A stretch of 64,000 bases of DNA from Obrimoposthia wandeli (lineage: Eukaryota), in the NCBI GenBank assembly GCA_977020255.1, contig CDROCS010000253.1, positions 1,240,001 through 1,304,000 on the forward strand. The letters are read 5' to 3'. Below, piece after piece: positions 52,174 through 61,874 of the stretch (positions within the stretch are counted from its first letter, which is position 1; each line of letters opens with the position of its first letter). The notes beneath the pieces are model-generated. The model was not told the DNA's origin and ran no database searches. It was given only the letters and a program-made list of their open reading frames with translations. Both the position numbers and the translations under genes were made by a program.

Positions 52174-52500
52174 AATATTTCTTCTTACTTTCTTTGGACG
52201 TTTAGATGGCTATATGTTCATCCAAATAAGTGCTTTTGTCAACCATTGAGTGCCGTATAAGTTGAAATTTTATTCACTTAGTTGATAAATTGGATATTTA
52301 TGATTGTTTTGCTATGTCGTTTTTTGCAAGTACTAGGGGTACGCTGATATAGCCAATGCTGATTGGTGATGATTAATTAATACTTAAGCCGATAAAAGGC
52401 CACGAGCACTGTGCTCTATTTGAGTGGAGCGGGTATATGTCCTCAGGCCAAGTTGGTTTGTAATCAGCGAAATATTTTGAGGTAATACCGCGCCGAATTT

Positions 52501-55500
52501 TTATTCAGCTTTTGTATTTTGATTATTAAGGACTATTTTTGGCTGCCACTCTAACCAGTCTTCATCGACATCTTGATGCAAAGTAAAGCTTGTCGGTAAG
52601 GATTTCGCTTTATCCTTATTTTCATCAATTGAAGGTGTTGCAAAGGCAATACCACCGGCTATTAGGGTTTCTATTGATTCAGAATCAATATTAATGCCAG
52701 AGAAAATACCTGCTTCAATAGTAATACCACTGGTATTCCAAAACTTACTTTTCCCGTTAACAAGTGGTGCGTAACGTTTGGCTATGTTGATGAAAATATT
52801 AACTTGATCAGCCGTAGCAGATAAATCGAGACCAATCACTTTACCGACCTTAATTTGGCGATACAACACCGGATTACCCACGCGCACAGAGCCAAGACGC
52901 GCTGCGGTTAATTTGATATTTAAGCCATAACTAAGTTGTTCAACAGTAGGGGCTAACTCAAGGGCTTGAAATTCACTCTTCTGCTTAGCTTTTACATTAT
53001 GTGACGGTAGCAAACCAATAAAGGCACCATCAAGTAAGTCGACAATATTTTTAGAACCCACTAAGCCAATCTGAGGTTCTATTTTCCAAAACTTGGTGCC
53101 TTGGCGAGCGTATTGGCTGCCTAAATCATTTAATAATACTAAAGCAGTTACGCCTACTTTATCTTCATTAAAAATTAAGCGTTCAACTGTACCGAGGGTT
53201 TGCTCTTGATAAATGACCTTAGTATTGACTTTTAATCCGCTAACATCATTAAATTGGATGCTAATGGTTTGCCCCGCATCTTTAGCATGTTCGACATGTT
53301 TAAATAAAGTGAAGTTAGACAGTTCTTCAACTGGGGTGCTAGTTATTCGTGACGTTGATAGCGACATTTCTGGATTATAAAAGCTGATACCACCGCGTAA
53401 AATTGCATCAAGGGATTCAGTTTTTATTACAAAGTCACTTAAACCACCGGAGAGTGTCAACCCGCCAGCATTATAAAAACGGCTGGTACTTTGTAATAAA
53501 TCTCGGTGTTCTTCATCAATGGTAATGCTGACTTTAATATCGTCATCTATTTTATTCAGGCTGACATTGTCTACTTGACCAATAGTTATGCCACGATAAC
53601 TAATGGCACTACCAGGCGTTGCCACATTGGCGTGTTCAGTGGATAAGGAAAGCTGTAAACCTGGAGCGCTGGCAAGTTTCACTGGTGGTTGGTTAAACAA
53701 GGTGAACCGATTTTTGGCATCACCTTTGCCAAGATTAAAGGTGATGTAGGCACCACCGAATAAAGCATCGGTATCACTAGCACCAGAAAGGCTTAAGTTT
53801 GGTTTAACTAAATAGAATTGTGTATCTGCTTTTAGTATATGTTGATATTCAGGTAGTAATCCTAACTGTAGTTGCTGGTAATCACCTTGGATTTTAGCTT
53901 GATGAATAGCGCCTATTTCAACGCCGCGGTATAAAAGCCGAGTACCCATACTTACTTGTTCGCTAGCGGTAAAATTTAGAGTAAAACTAATATTTTGCTC
54001 AGCGAGTTTGTTATTCGCATAGAGTGAAAAACTATCACCATTTTGAACCAATTTTTTTTGTGAATCCTGTGTACTATCTTGGCTAGTAAAAGCAATGCCA
54101 CCCGTTAAGATACTCTGTAATGACTGAGCTTGAATATCGACACTCAGTAAATTTACTGATATTTTAACGCCAGAATTATTGTAAAAACGACTGCTGTGAT
54201 TCACATAATGACTAAATTTTGGTTGCACATGAATATGAATTAAATGACGCTCTGGCGCAGTCGTTTCGATGGCTTGTATGTTACCAACGACTTGCTGTTT
54301 GTAATAAACATTACTGCCAACTTGCAATGAACTACGATCACTACTTGTTAACATTAAGTGCAAGCCCGGCTCGGTGTATTTATAAGGGGGCTTGCTACTA
54401 AATACATTAAATTTGTTACTGGCGTTACCTGCTACAGATGGCCTTATGCTTATGTAATTTCCCGTTAATAACGTCTTAGCGTTTGATAAACCCGCAAGAC
54501 CAACTTGAGGCGAAACAATATAAAATTGAGATTGATCTGTTAGGTACGGTACCACGCGTGGATTAACTTTAGCGATGGCGGTAATTTTTCGACTGACGGG
54601 ATCTATTTTACTGAAGGACTCAATAATACCTATGGTTAAACCTTGGTATAAAATTGCCGCGTTGTGATCTATGCCTGAGTTCCACTCTAACGTTAATTCA
54701 ACTTCATGGCCCATTTCAGCCGATTGAAAGTCAGCATGTAAGGGAAAAGTTTGACCGTTTTTAGCGGGCGCTAATTCTGTTTGATAACTTAAGGTATCTA
54801 CGGATATTCCGCCAGCCATAATAGAGGCCAATGACTCCGTATTAACCTTCACCCCACCAGAGAGTGAGGCAGTTACTTGAACGCCACTGGTATTATAAAA
54901 TAATGAATTTTCTTTTACTAAGTGGGCGAACTCGGGTTTGATGTATATATTAATGCCAATCTTTTTACTGCTTTCTTTGTAGTGATAACCCGTCACATGT
55001 CCAATGGGGATCTGTTTGAAACTAATGGGCGAATTTTCACTGATAGAGCCTAATACATCGGTATGCAAGGTGAGGTGTAAACCAGGGGTCGACATATCTA
55101 AGGTAGGCGCTTCAGTTAATGCAATAAAATTGTTTCGACTGTCGGCATCCTTATCGGTATCAGGCATAATTGTGATATAACTACCCGAAATAAGTGTGTC
55201 CAGCCCAGAGACCCCTTGCAGTGAGATATCAGCACTAACTAACCAAAAACGCGTGTTCTCAGTGAGGTAATCGGTAAAGTTTTTAGAAATCTCAACTTCA
55301 GCAATAACGCGCTGTAAGTCTGCAGAAGGCACTACTTTTTTCACTAAGCCGGTTACTAAGCCTTTATATCGTACTTCTGTTTTATTGGGCACTATGCCTG
55401 AGCCGTTATCAAATTCTATCGTGATAACTGTGCCTTGTTCAGATACTGTTTTTACGGTGAGCCATAAACCAAAAATTAAGGCGATAAACGGCACAAACCA

Positions 55501-55593
55501 AATAATAGAGATACCTTGTCGAGGTACAACTTCTGCACCAATATTTTTATTGTCATCATGCTCAGAAACAGCAATATCTTTCTGATTGGTCAT
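52501..55593 (-). CDS. LetB/YebT-like MCE tunnel protein with 8 MCE domains
   Basis: One TM (IWFVPFIAL), eight MCE repeats counted in the translation, C-terminal WLEWQPKI. Confidence 0.9.
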   Translation of the reverse strand: MTNQKDIAVSEHDDNKNIGAEVVPRQGISIIWFVPFIALIFGLWLTVKTVSEQGTVITIEFDNGSGIVPNKTEVRYKGLVTGLVKKVVPSADLQRVIAEVEISKNFTDYLTENTRFWLVSADISLQGVSGLDTLISGSYITIMPDTDKDADSRNNFIALTEAPTLDMSTPGLHLTLHTDVLGSISENSPISFKQIPIGHVTGYHYKESSKKIGINIYIKPEFAHLVKENSLFYNTSGVQVTASLSGGVKVNTESLASIMAGGISVDTLSYQTELAPAKNGQTFPLHADFQSAEMGHEVELTLEWNSGIDHNAAILYQGLTIGIIESFSKIDPVSRKITAIAKVNPRVVPYLTDQSQFYIVSPQVGLAGLSNAKTLLTGNYISIRPSVAGNASNKFNVFSSKPPYKYTEPGLHLMLTSSDRSSLQVGSNVYYKQQVVGNIQAIETTAPERHLIHIHVQPKFSHYVNHSSRFYNNSGVKISVNLLSVDIQAQSLQSILTGGIAFTSQDSTQDSQKKLVQNGDSFSLYANNKLAEQNISFTLNFTASEQVSMGTRLLYRGVEIGAIHQAKIQGDYQQLQLGLLPEYQHILKADTQFYLVKPNLSLSGASDTDALFGGAYITFNLGKGDAKNRFTLFNQPPVKLASAPGLQLSLSTEHANVATPGSAISYRGITIGQVDNVSLNKIDDDIKVSITIDEEHRDLLQSTSRFYNAGGLTLSGGLSDFVIKTESLDAILRGGISFYNPEMSLSTSRITSTPVEELSNFTLFKHVEHAKDAGQTISIQFNDVSGLKVNTKVIYQEQTLGTVERLIFNEDKVGVTALVLLNDLGSQYARQGTKFWKIEPQIGLVGSKNIVDLLDGAFIGLLPSHNVKAKQKSEFQALELAPTVEQLSYGLNIKLTAARLGSVRVGNPVLYRQIKVGKVIGLDLSATADQVNIFINIAKRYAPLVNGKSKFWNTSGITIEAGIFSGINIDSESIETLIAGGIAFATPSIDENKDKAKSLPTSFTLHQDVDEDWLEWQPKIVLNNQNTKAE

Positions 55594-55595
55594 TT

Positions 55596-56285
55596 CTATC
55601 CCTTTTCTTCTGGTAAAGTGCTTGGTAGATGGTCTGGCAAATTGTCTGACAATAATAATGGCGTTTGTGTTGCTGCTTTTTTATCCCATAATAAACGTGG
55701 GTCAAAACTATTAGCAGCAAACATGGTAAAAATGACCGTAATGGTAAAATAATTAATAGCAGGACCTGCGGCTACCGAGGTAACAAAGCCAAGTTCAACC
55801 ACAGTAACCATTAAAGCGACCACGAATACATCAAGCATTGACCATGGCCCTAATACCTCAAGCAGATGGTAAAACTTGCTATGTTTGTCTGGTTTTAAAC
55901 GAATGCCGGTATGCACTTTATAAACTAGCACAAATAAGCCGATAATTTTTAATAAAGGTACTATGATACTGGCAGTAAAGATAATCGCAGCTATAGGGTA
56001 TAAACCATGATCAATAAACTCGCCGATACCAGATAAGATGGTTGCCTCATCACCAATACCCAATTGATAGACAATCATTATTGGATAAAGATTCGCTGGA
56101 ATAAAGGCTAACAAGGCCGCAAAATTCCACGCTAAGGTGTACTGTAAACTATTGCGCTTACGTTGATAAAATATGCCATTACAGCGGCTACATTGTTGGG
56201 GCTCTGCTTTTAAGCTATTCAGCTTATGACATTTAGGACATAAAGTTAAGTCAAGTTGCTTAGCTGTTCTCATCTTGTGCCTCAT
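55596..56285 (-). CDS. PqiA/LetA C-terminal half
   Basis: CPKC, CSRC, PANLYP, IFTASIIVP, GPWSMLDVFVVA, SFDPRLLWD. Confidence 0.9.
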   Translation of the reverse strand: MRHKMRTAKQLDLTLCPKCHKLNSLKAEPQQCSRCNGIFYQRKRNSLQYTLAWNFAALLAFIPANLYPIMIVYQLGIGDEATILSGIGEFIDHGLYPIAAIIFTASIIVPLLKIIGLFVLVYKVHTGIRLKPDKHSKFYHLLEVLGPWSMLDVFVVALMVTVVELGFVTSVAAGPAINYFTITVIFTMFAANSFDPRLLWDKKAATQTPLLLSDNLPDHLPSTLPEEKG

Positions 56286-56910
56286 CTTTGGTAAACGCTT
56301 TTTCTAGCTTGTCCCAAATATAGTCTTGATCGAGCGCTACAGCCGACATAGTGGAGCAAATTAACCACAGAATAAAAGCCAATAAGCCAAGGTTAACCGA
56401 TAGTTCAGTATCATCAATTAACTTATACATAGACACGACAATGCCCAGCATAAAGACATTGAGCATTGCCCAGTTATCAAGGTGATGATAAGCACGAAAG
56501 AAGTTTAATAAGGATGGTTTTAACTTATTGAATTTAAAACTATAAGAAATATATAGCGCACCGGCTAGACGTACAATAGGCACAGCGATAGCGAAGAGAA
56601 ATACCAAACAGGCAATCATAAAAAAGCCGCGATCAATCAACACTAAAATACAATCAAATAAAGACGCTTGATGAAATTGTCCTGCCAAAGTTACCCCCAT
56701 AATAGGTAATAAAATGGCGGGTAACATAAGCATTAAGCCCGCAAGGGACCAGTTAAAGCTGCGCTCAATAGAATCGACTTTTCGCTCTATTAACGTGCTG
56801 CCACAACGAGTGCACTTGGCAAGTTGCCCTTGTTTTAATTGTGGTTTGTCATATAGCGCATCACATTGCTGACAAGCGACAAATAATGAAGTGTTAATTT
56901 TATTGTTCAT
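56260..56910 (-). CDS. PqiA/LetA N-terminal half
   Basis: CQQCD, AKCTRCG, WAMLNVFMLG, QDYIWDKL. Confidence 0.88.
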   Translation of the reverse strand: MNNKINTSLFVACQQCDALYDKPQLKQGQLAKCTRCGSTLIERKVDSIERSFNWSLAGLMLMLPAILLPIMGVTLAGQFHQASLFDCILVLIDRGFFMIACLVFLFAIAVPIVRLAGALYISYSFKFNKLKPSLLNFFRAYHHLDNWAMLNVFMLGIVVSMYKLIDDTELSVNLGLLAFILWLICSTMSAVALDQDYIWDKLEKAFTKDEAQDENS

Positions 56911-56957
56911 TTAGCTGAGTCGTCCATTAACCGGCTAATTATGCAAAAGTGTAATGA

Positions 56958-56987
56958 AAAAAAAGCAGCGATAAACGCTGCTTTTTT
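56958..56987. terminator. Terminator of the cytochrome c4 gene
   Basis: aaaaaaagcagcg-ataaa-cgctgctttttt. Confidence 0.8.
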
Positions 56988-57019
56988 AAAAACTTGTTAA
57001 TGAAGCAACCAAGCCATTA

Positions 57020-57970
57020 TTATTTTAATGAAGTGATGTATTGAGAAACGGCTTCAATATCAGCATCTGATAATTTAATCGCGATATTACGCATAATACC
57101 GTTGTTGTCATTACCACGACTGCCATCACGGAAGCTAGTAAGTTGCTTTTTCAAGTAACTTTGACTTTGACCAGTAAGGCTTGGGAAGCCAGCTTGTTTC
57201 ATACCTTTACCTGTAACACCATGACAAGCAATACAAGCGGTAACACCTTTAGCAGCATCGCCGCCTAAGTATAATTTATGGCCCGCTTCATTTGACTCGC
57301 CAGTACCAGTTTTAGTACTTTGCACTGCAAAGTATGCGGCTAAGTCATTCATATCTTCTGGCGTTAACGCTGCAACCATACCAGCCATGATTGGGTCTTT
57401 ACGCTCACCTGATTTGAAGTTAGCTAATTGCTTAGCAATGTAATTAGCACTTTGACCAGCAAGACTTGGGTACGTAGGTACTAAGCTGTTACCGTCGGCG
57501 CCGTGACAAGCTGCACATGCTACTGCTTTGCTTTGACCTGCGGCTACATTACCTTTGTAAATTGCTGCGGCTGGCGTAGCAGAAACGATTTCAACATTAC
57601 CTGCTGCAGGAGCCGTACTGGCTGAATCTGTACTTGTACCTGCACTTGCTGCTGCAGCTTGTTCAGTTGCACTCGGTAAACCTGAGAAGTGAGCTGCTAA
57701 ATCAGCTATATCTGCATCAGATAGGTTAGCCGCCATCGGTGCCATCATGGCATCGGTACGAGCACCTGATTTAAAATCTTTTAATTGCTTAATGATATAA
57801 GCGTCATTTTGACCGGCAAGGTTAGGAAACATAGGACTTGCACTAACACCTGTAGGACCGTGACATGCGCTACAAGCACCTGATTTTTCTTTGCCTGCGT
57901 TAGCATCTGCGGCTTGTACGGCACTTACTGAACTTAAAGCTACAAATAGCGAAAAGATAATTTTTTTCAT
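57020..57970 (-). CDS. Cytochrome c4 family, three heme motifs
   Basis: Signal peptide, CSACH, CAACH, CIACH; divergent from engB as usual for c4. Confidence 0.92.
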   Translation of the reverse strand: MKKIIFSLFVALSSVSAVQAADANAGKEKSGACSACHGPTGVSASPMFPNLAGQNDAYIIKQLKDFKSGARTDAMMAPMAANLSDADIADLAAHFSGLPSATEQAAAASAGTSTDSASTAPAAGNVEIVSATPAAAIYKGNVAAGQSKAVACAACHGADGNSLVPTYPSLAGQSANYIAKQLANFKSGERKDPIMAGMVAALTPEDMNDLAAYFAVQSTKTGTGESNEAGHKLYLGGDAAKGVTACIACHGVTGKGMKQAGFPSLTGQSQSYLKKQLTSFRDGSRGNDNNGIMRNIAIKLSDADIEAVSQYITSLK

Positions 57971-58215
57971 TGAGTTGCTCTCTGCTTGTCATTAATTACG
58001 TAGCTGTTTGACTAATATAGTTGCTATCTAATTAAGAAATGATAAAAAAGTATGATGGATGTGTCGGCATTTTACACGAATATTAGCGCCGTGTAATAGT
58101 GGATAAGCAAAAATCGAGCAAAAAAAACCGTAATTTCACTGTTTTATGCATTTTTTTAATAATAAAAGTGAAAGAAAAACGCTATAATGGCGAAAATTTT
58201 AAACGAGTGAAGCCC

Positions 58216-58890
58216 TTGTCTTCTACAAAGATACATTTAAGTAAAGCCGCCTTTACCCTTAGCGCTCCAGATATCCGTCGTTTACCGGCTGATGCTGGTA
58301 TTGAAGTTGCCTTTGCGGGGCGCTCTAATGCAGGTAAATCAAGCGCTTTAAATACGCTAACCAATCAACGTGGTTTAGCGCGCATTAGTAAAACTCCAGG
58401 TCGAACTCAGCTTATCAATGTATTTGAAGTAGCAGAGAATCGACGCCTTATCGATTTACCGGGTTATGGCTTTGCCCAAGTGCCATTAGCCATGAAGAAA
58501 AAATGGCAAAAAGCATTGGGTGAATATTTAGAAAAGCGCCAGTGTCTGAAAGGTTTAGTTGTTTTAATGGATATTCGTCATCCGTTAAAAGACTTAGACA
58601 TGGATTTAATACAGTGGGCCGCAGATAGTGACTTACCTGTTTTAGCTTTATTGACTAAGTGTGACAAATTATCACAAGGTAAACGCAGCTCTGAAGTGCT
58701 TGCGGTGAAAAAAGCGTTAGAATCATTAAATGCCGATATTAAAGTACAGGCTTTTTCTTCGCTCAAATATACTGGCAAAGAACAAGCTGATGCTATTATT
58801 TGTGACTGGCTTGAACAAGAAGCAGAAGATTACGTACTACCTGATGAAGACGATTTTGATGAGTCAGATGAGTTTGTTGAAGAAGAGTAA
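58216..58890 (+). CDS. engB: Ribosome biogenesis GTPase EngB/YihA
   Basis: [32 protein letters not shown]; probable TTG start at 58216 (ORF from 58099). Confidence 0.96.
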   Translation: MSSTKIHLSKAAFTLSAPDIRRLPADAGIEVAFAGRSNAGKSSALNTLTNQRGLARISKTPGRTQLINVFEVAENRRLIDLPGYGFAQVPLAMKKKWQKALGEYLEKRQCLKGLVVLMDIRHPLKDLDMDLIQWAADSDLPVLALLTKCDKLSQGKRSSEVLAVKKALESLNADIKVQAFSSLKYTGKEQADAIICDWLEQEAEDYVLPDEDDFDESDEFVEEE

Positions 58891-58942
58891 TATCATCATA
58901 AAGTGAGATGAACGTTAAGTTTGAACATCACACTATTACAAG

Positions 58943-58976
58943 AAGGAGAAAGCATTACGCTATTCTCCTTTTTTTT
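58943..58976. terminator. Terminator between engB and the ABC exporter
   Basis: aaggagaa...ttctcctt followed by a T-run. Confidence 0.7.
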
Positions 58977-59009
58977 GTCTGCCCCTTAGTCCCTAGGCAA
59001 CGATTAAAA

Positions 59010-60815
59010 CTAGCTTAGCTTTTTAAACTGTAATTCCACTAACCGTTGATACAACTCACATTGTTGCAATAATGATTGGTGATCGCCCATGTCAATTATT
59101 CGACCTTGCTCTAACACTGCAATCTTATCCGCGTGTTGAATTGTCGATAATCGGTGGGCAATGATAATCGTTGTACGACCACGCATTAACTCTTCTAATG
59201 CTTGTTGCACATGCTGTTCGCTTTCACTATCAAGGGCACTAGTCGCCTCATCTAACAATAAAATATGTGGGTCTTTTAATATTGCACGTGCAATCGCAAT
59301 ACGTTGGCGTTGACCGCCCGATAAGCGCACACCGCGTTCGCCTAAAAAGCTGTTATAACCTTCAGGTAAGTTGACAATAAATTCATGAGCATGGGCTTTT
59401 TTAGCTGCTGAAATAACTTCTTCATCACTAGCCTCAGGCTTGCCGTAACGAATATTATGAAAAACGTCACTACTAAATAATGCCGGCTGTTGCGGCACTA
59501 AAGCCATTTGTTGGCGAAGATCTTTCGGATCAAGCTGTCTGATATCAGTACCACCTAAGGTAATACGACCAACTTGTGGGTCATAAAAACGCTGTAATAA
59601 TTCAAATAATGTCGTTTTCCCTGCGCCAGATGGGCCCACTAGGGCTAATACTTTACCCTGTTGAGCGGTTAAGTTCAGTGCTTGCGTTGCGGCTTGATCG
59701 GGTCGAGAAGGGTAATTAAAACTGACGGCTTCAAAAACAATTTGAGCGTTGAGTTCTTTCGCTGAAATTGCATTTTCAACAGGAGGAAGAATATGGCTTT
59801 CAACCTGTAATATCTCTATTAATCTTTCGGTAGCACCCGCAGCACGTTGTAACTCCCCTAATACTTCTGAAATAGTGGCTAACGAAGAAGCGACCAAAAT
59901 GGCATAAAAGACAAAAGCACCTAAATCACCACCGCTCATCTTACCTTGAATGACATCACTACCACCGACCCATAACATGCCAGTAATTGCACCAAAAACA
60001 ATAATAATAACGCCAGCAATTAAGGTCGCGCGTTGTTTTATACGGTCTCGACCAATAGTAAATGACTTTTCAACTTCCTTGCCAAAGGAGCGCCTTTCAT
60101 GCTGTTCGTGGGTATAACTTTGTACTGTTTTAATATGCTCAATTGCCTCACCAGCATAGCTACCAACATCTGCCATTGAATCTTGGCTTTTACGCGATAA
60201 TTTTCTGACCTTACGACCATAAAATAATATCGGAACTAAAATAAAAGGTACCGACAGCAAAACAATAAAAGTTAATTTTATATTGGTAGCAAATAGCATA
60301 ACTAAAGCACCTAATAGCATTAGCACACTACGGATGGCCATAGAAAACGAAGAACCAATAATGCTTTGTAGTAAGGTAGTGTCAGTCGTAATGCGCGACA
60401 TAATATCGCCGCTGCCGTTAGTCTCAAAATAACTGGGATGCAAGGTGATGACATGATTAAAAACAGCCAAACGGATATCCGCACTGACTCGTTCACCTAA
60501 CCAAGAAACCAAATAGAAACGGAAAAATGTCCCCCCAGCAATTAACACCGTAATAGCCAATATAAAGAGTACAGCCTGCTGTAATTGCTCTATAGATTGT
60601 TGAGCAAACCCCTCATCAATGAGCATTCTCACCCCTTGACCCACGGATAGCATTACACCTGCGGTAAAAATAAGGGCAATAAAGGCGGCTAATACCTGAC
60701 TTTTATAAGGGCGAATAAACTGAATGAGCTCAAGGAGAATAGAGATCTTTTTATTTTTAGCAGTATCTATTGAAGTATTGTCTGCTAGGCGACTAGCAGC
60801 AGGTTGGTCAGACAT
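59010..60815 (-). CDS. ABC exporter, fused TMD-NBD (MsbA-like superfamily)
   Basis: 6 TM, GPSGAGKT, LSGGQRQR, LLLDEATSALD. Confidence 0.93.
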   Translation of the reverse strand: MSDQPAASRLADNTSIDTAKNKKISILLELIQFIRPYKSQVLAAFIALIFTAGVMLSVGQGVRMLIDEGFAQQSIEQLQQAVLFILAITVLIAGGTFFRFYLVSWLGERVSADIRLAVFNHVITLHPSYFETNGSGDIMSRITTDTTLLQSIIGSSFSMAIRSVLMLLGALVMLFATNIKLTFIVLLSVPFILVPILFYGRKVRKLSRKSQDSMADVGSYAGEAIEHIKTVQSYTHEQHERRSFGKEVEKSFTIGRDRIKQRATLIAGVIIIVFGAITGMLWVGGSDVIQGKMSGGDLGAFVFYAILVASSLATISEVLGELQRAAGATERLIEILQVESHILPPVENAISAKELNAQIVFEAVSFNYPSRPDQAATQALNLTAQQGKVLALVGPSGAGKTTLFELLQRFYDPQVGRITLGGTDIRQLDPKDLRQQMALVPQQPALFSSDVFHNIRYGKPEASDEEVISAAKKAHAHEFIVNLPEGYNSFLGERGVRLSGGQRQRIAIARAILKDPHILLLDEATSALDSESEQHVQQALEELMRGRTTIIIAHRLSTIQHADKIAVLEQGRIIDMGDHQSLLQQCELYQRLVELQFKKLS

Positions 60816-60989
60816 AAGATCCCAGAGTCTATTGCTAGTAATTATCGATTGTAAGTGGCTAGCGAATGAATTAATGATCAGTAGTTTACGCTTTCCATAG
60901 GCGTTGAACTAGCAAGTTTTACTGGAATATGAAGTAAGTTTGTAAGAGGAAGTAATAACGACTGTGTGGAAATTGATGTTTTTACAGGT

Positions 60990-61135
60990 AAAAAAAAGCC
61001 GATGGTATTTTCAGAACTAATAAGTAGTTGTGAATTGCATCGGCAAAGCTTATGGGGAAGCTACAAAAAAATTATTACAATAAGTGTTCGCTTAAGAACA
61101 AGGTAATTATAGAGCAACAACTCTACATAAGTAAA
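60990..61135 (-). ncRNA. Candidate small RNA
   Basis: Minus-strand stem gccgatg/catcggc plus U-run (61044-60990) with no upstream CDS; FNR-like box at 61165-61178. Confidence 0.35.
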
Positions 61136-61321
61136 GTCATTTATAGAGTAATTACTCTTTTTCTTTGATTTAGATCATTGTTGAGTGATTTGTTTATAAA
61201 ACAATCGTATTTAGCTTGTGTGACGGGACATGAAAAATGAGATTCTGTGAATACTCATGACTTAATATTCATTTTTACCACAAAGCTGACCTAATTTTGG
61301 GTTGAATTTATCACAGCCAAT

Positions 61322-61543
61322 AGTCCGCTCCGCCAAAATATAGACGCCTCAGACAATTCAGGCTTAACTAACTCGATCCAAAATGTGACTGGTTGCTTGT
61401 TAGCTAAAGGCGGTTTATACACTTATATCGACTGGATTTCCGGAAAAAAAATGTGGTTTTCGGGTGGCCCAGGCATTGGAGTTAAAGAAGATCCGCCACA
61501 ATGGCATTCGCGCTTAAACATAAATATTGGTTGGTACTTCTAG
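61322..61543 (+). pseudogene. C-terminal remnant of an outer-membrane beta-barrel gene
   Basis: Open frame without start: ...SIQNVTGCLLAKGGLYTYIDWISGK...WHSRLNINIGWYF*, ending in a BAM-type aromatic signature. Confidence 0.6.
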
Positions 61544-61750
61544 GTGGTAATGGTGAGCGAACAAACTCAAGATGTTGATAGCAAACTTATTGCAGTTGAA
61601 GATCATTTTTATGAAAGCGAGCACGAAATTGGTGAACACAATGTAGAAATCTGTTTGTCTTATTTTGCTTTGCTCGTTTATCCTTTCGGTATAATTCGCC
61701 TAGGCGGTATCGATGCTAAAACAGACTTTGCTGATATTGTAATGGCGTAA
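61544..61750 (+). pseudogene. Internally deleted BCCT fragment
   Basis: LLVYPFGIIRLGGIDAKTDF aligns with LIVSPFGKIRLGGDDAKADH of the downstream BCCT; HEIGEHNVE resembles YTVGQDNIQ. Confidence 0.65.
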
Positions 61751-61874
61751 TGAAACTGTAGAGGTTTAAAATCAATAAGGGTTTTCACCTACAACAGCTT
61801 AACCATGCTAAGATCTTTTGTGACTGCTAGATAAACACATTAGAACAGAGTGTCATTACTCTAAATGAGGATAT

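Noticed and set aside
55596-56910. Split pqiA/letA as a frameshifted pseudogene
   Set aside because: Both halves have their own start, Cys motifs and complete TM sets with a short overlap; two-gene PqiA occurs naturally
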